Made by a program: the position numbers and the translations under genes. A DNA stretch of 64,000 bases from Octopus vulgaris. Lineage: Eukaryota. Location of the stretch: contig OX597815.1 of assembly GCA_951406725.2 (NCBI GenBank), forward strand, positions 207,576,001-207,640,000, in the 5' to 3' direction. Below, piece by piece: positions 63,271 to 64,000 of the stretch. The notes beneath the pieces were generated by a model. That model saw nothing but the letters and a program-made list of their open reading frames with translations. It was not told the origin of the DNA and searched no databases. Positions within the stretch are counted from its first letter, which is position 1, and every line of letters starts with the position of its first letter.

Positions 63271-64000
63271 ATTTATATGATTATCTTACAAATATACAAT
63301 AAATTGTATTCAACTGATATATTTAGTTATTTTTTTCTTAATTTTAATATATTGATATTTTTCTGTAGTTAGAGTAAGGTTTTGATTTTTTTATTTACAA
63401 ATTTGAATATATTCAGCATAGGAGTGGCTGTGTGGTAAGTAGTTTGTTTACCAGCCACATGGTTCCGGATTCAGTCCCACTGTGTGGCACCTTGGGAAAG
63501 TCTCTTCTACTATAGCCTCGGGCCAACCAAAGCCTTGAGTGGATTTGGTTGATGGCAACTGAAAGAAGCCCGTCGTATATATGTATATATATATATATAT
63601 GCGTGTGTGTGTCTGTGTTTGTCCCCCCACAACATTGCTTGACAACCGATGCTGGTGTGTTTATGTCCCCATTACTTAGCAAAAGGGACCGATAGAATAA
63701 GTACTGGGCTTACAAAAGAATAAGTCCCGGGGTCGAGTTGCTCGACTAAAGGCGGTGCTCCAGCATGGCCGCAGTCAAATGACTGAAACAAGTAAAAGAC
63801 TAAAAGACTAAGACTAAAGACTATATTCGTATTGTTAAAACAATTATTTTTGCAGTTCGTTGTTCATTCATTATTCAGTGGTAATAATGTAGAACTAGTC
63901 TTTGCCACTAGGTAAACCGTGACAAGCAGAGTTATGTTCCTTGACTTGAACCGCTGGTGGGAATGGTGGTAGAATCATAGCTATGATTATGGCTCAATAT

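Overview
AT-rich, microsatellite- and SINE-dense animal DNA. The repeat families look like those of an octopus or other coleoid cephalopod (inference). One protein-coding gene is clear: the 3' part of a RasGRF-type Ras guanine-nucleotide exchange factor on the minus strand. It has 8 coding exons from 60434 down to the stop codon at 33293-33295 (945 nt, all GT-AG, phases consistent), encoding the end of the REM region and the CDC25 domain; its 5' exons lie beyond the right edge. The rest is interspersed repeats: tRNA-derived SINEs, RTE/CR1/L1-Tx1 LINE fragments, pogo/hAT/piggyBac MITEs, non-autonomous Helitrons and two minisatellites. The standout signal is a set of ORF-less palindromic or partial-tandem elements, mostly inserted in (TA)n tracts and carrying a one-sided tail, the architecture of Penelope-like element (PLE) termini. 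About ten of these loci fold by eye into minimal type I hammerhead ribozymes. Across unrelated families the core 3-8 pair appears as C-G, U-A and G-C, i.e. apparent compensatory covariation. Two variant hammerheads lie in sense orientation in RasGRF introns. Most six-frame ORFs are microsatellite or SINE artefacts. All folds were read manually and none was computed.
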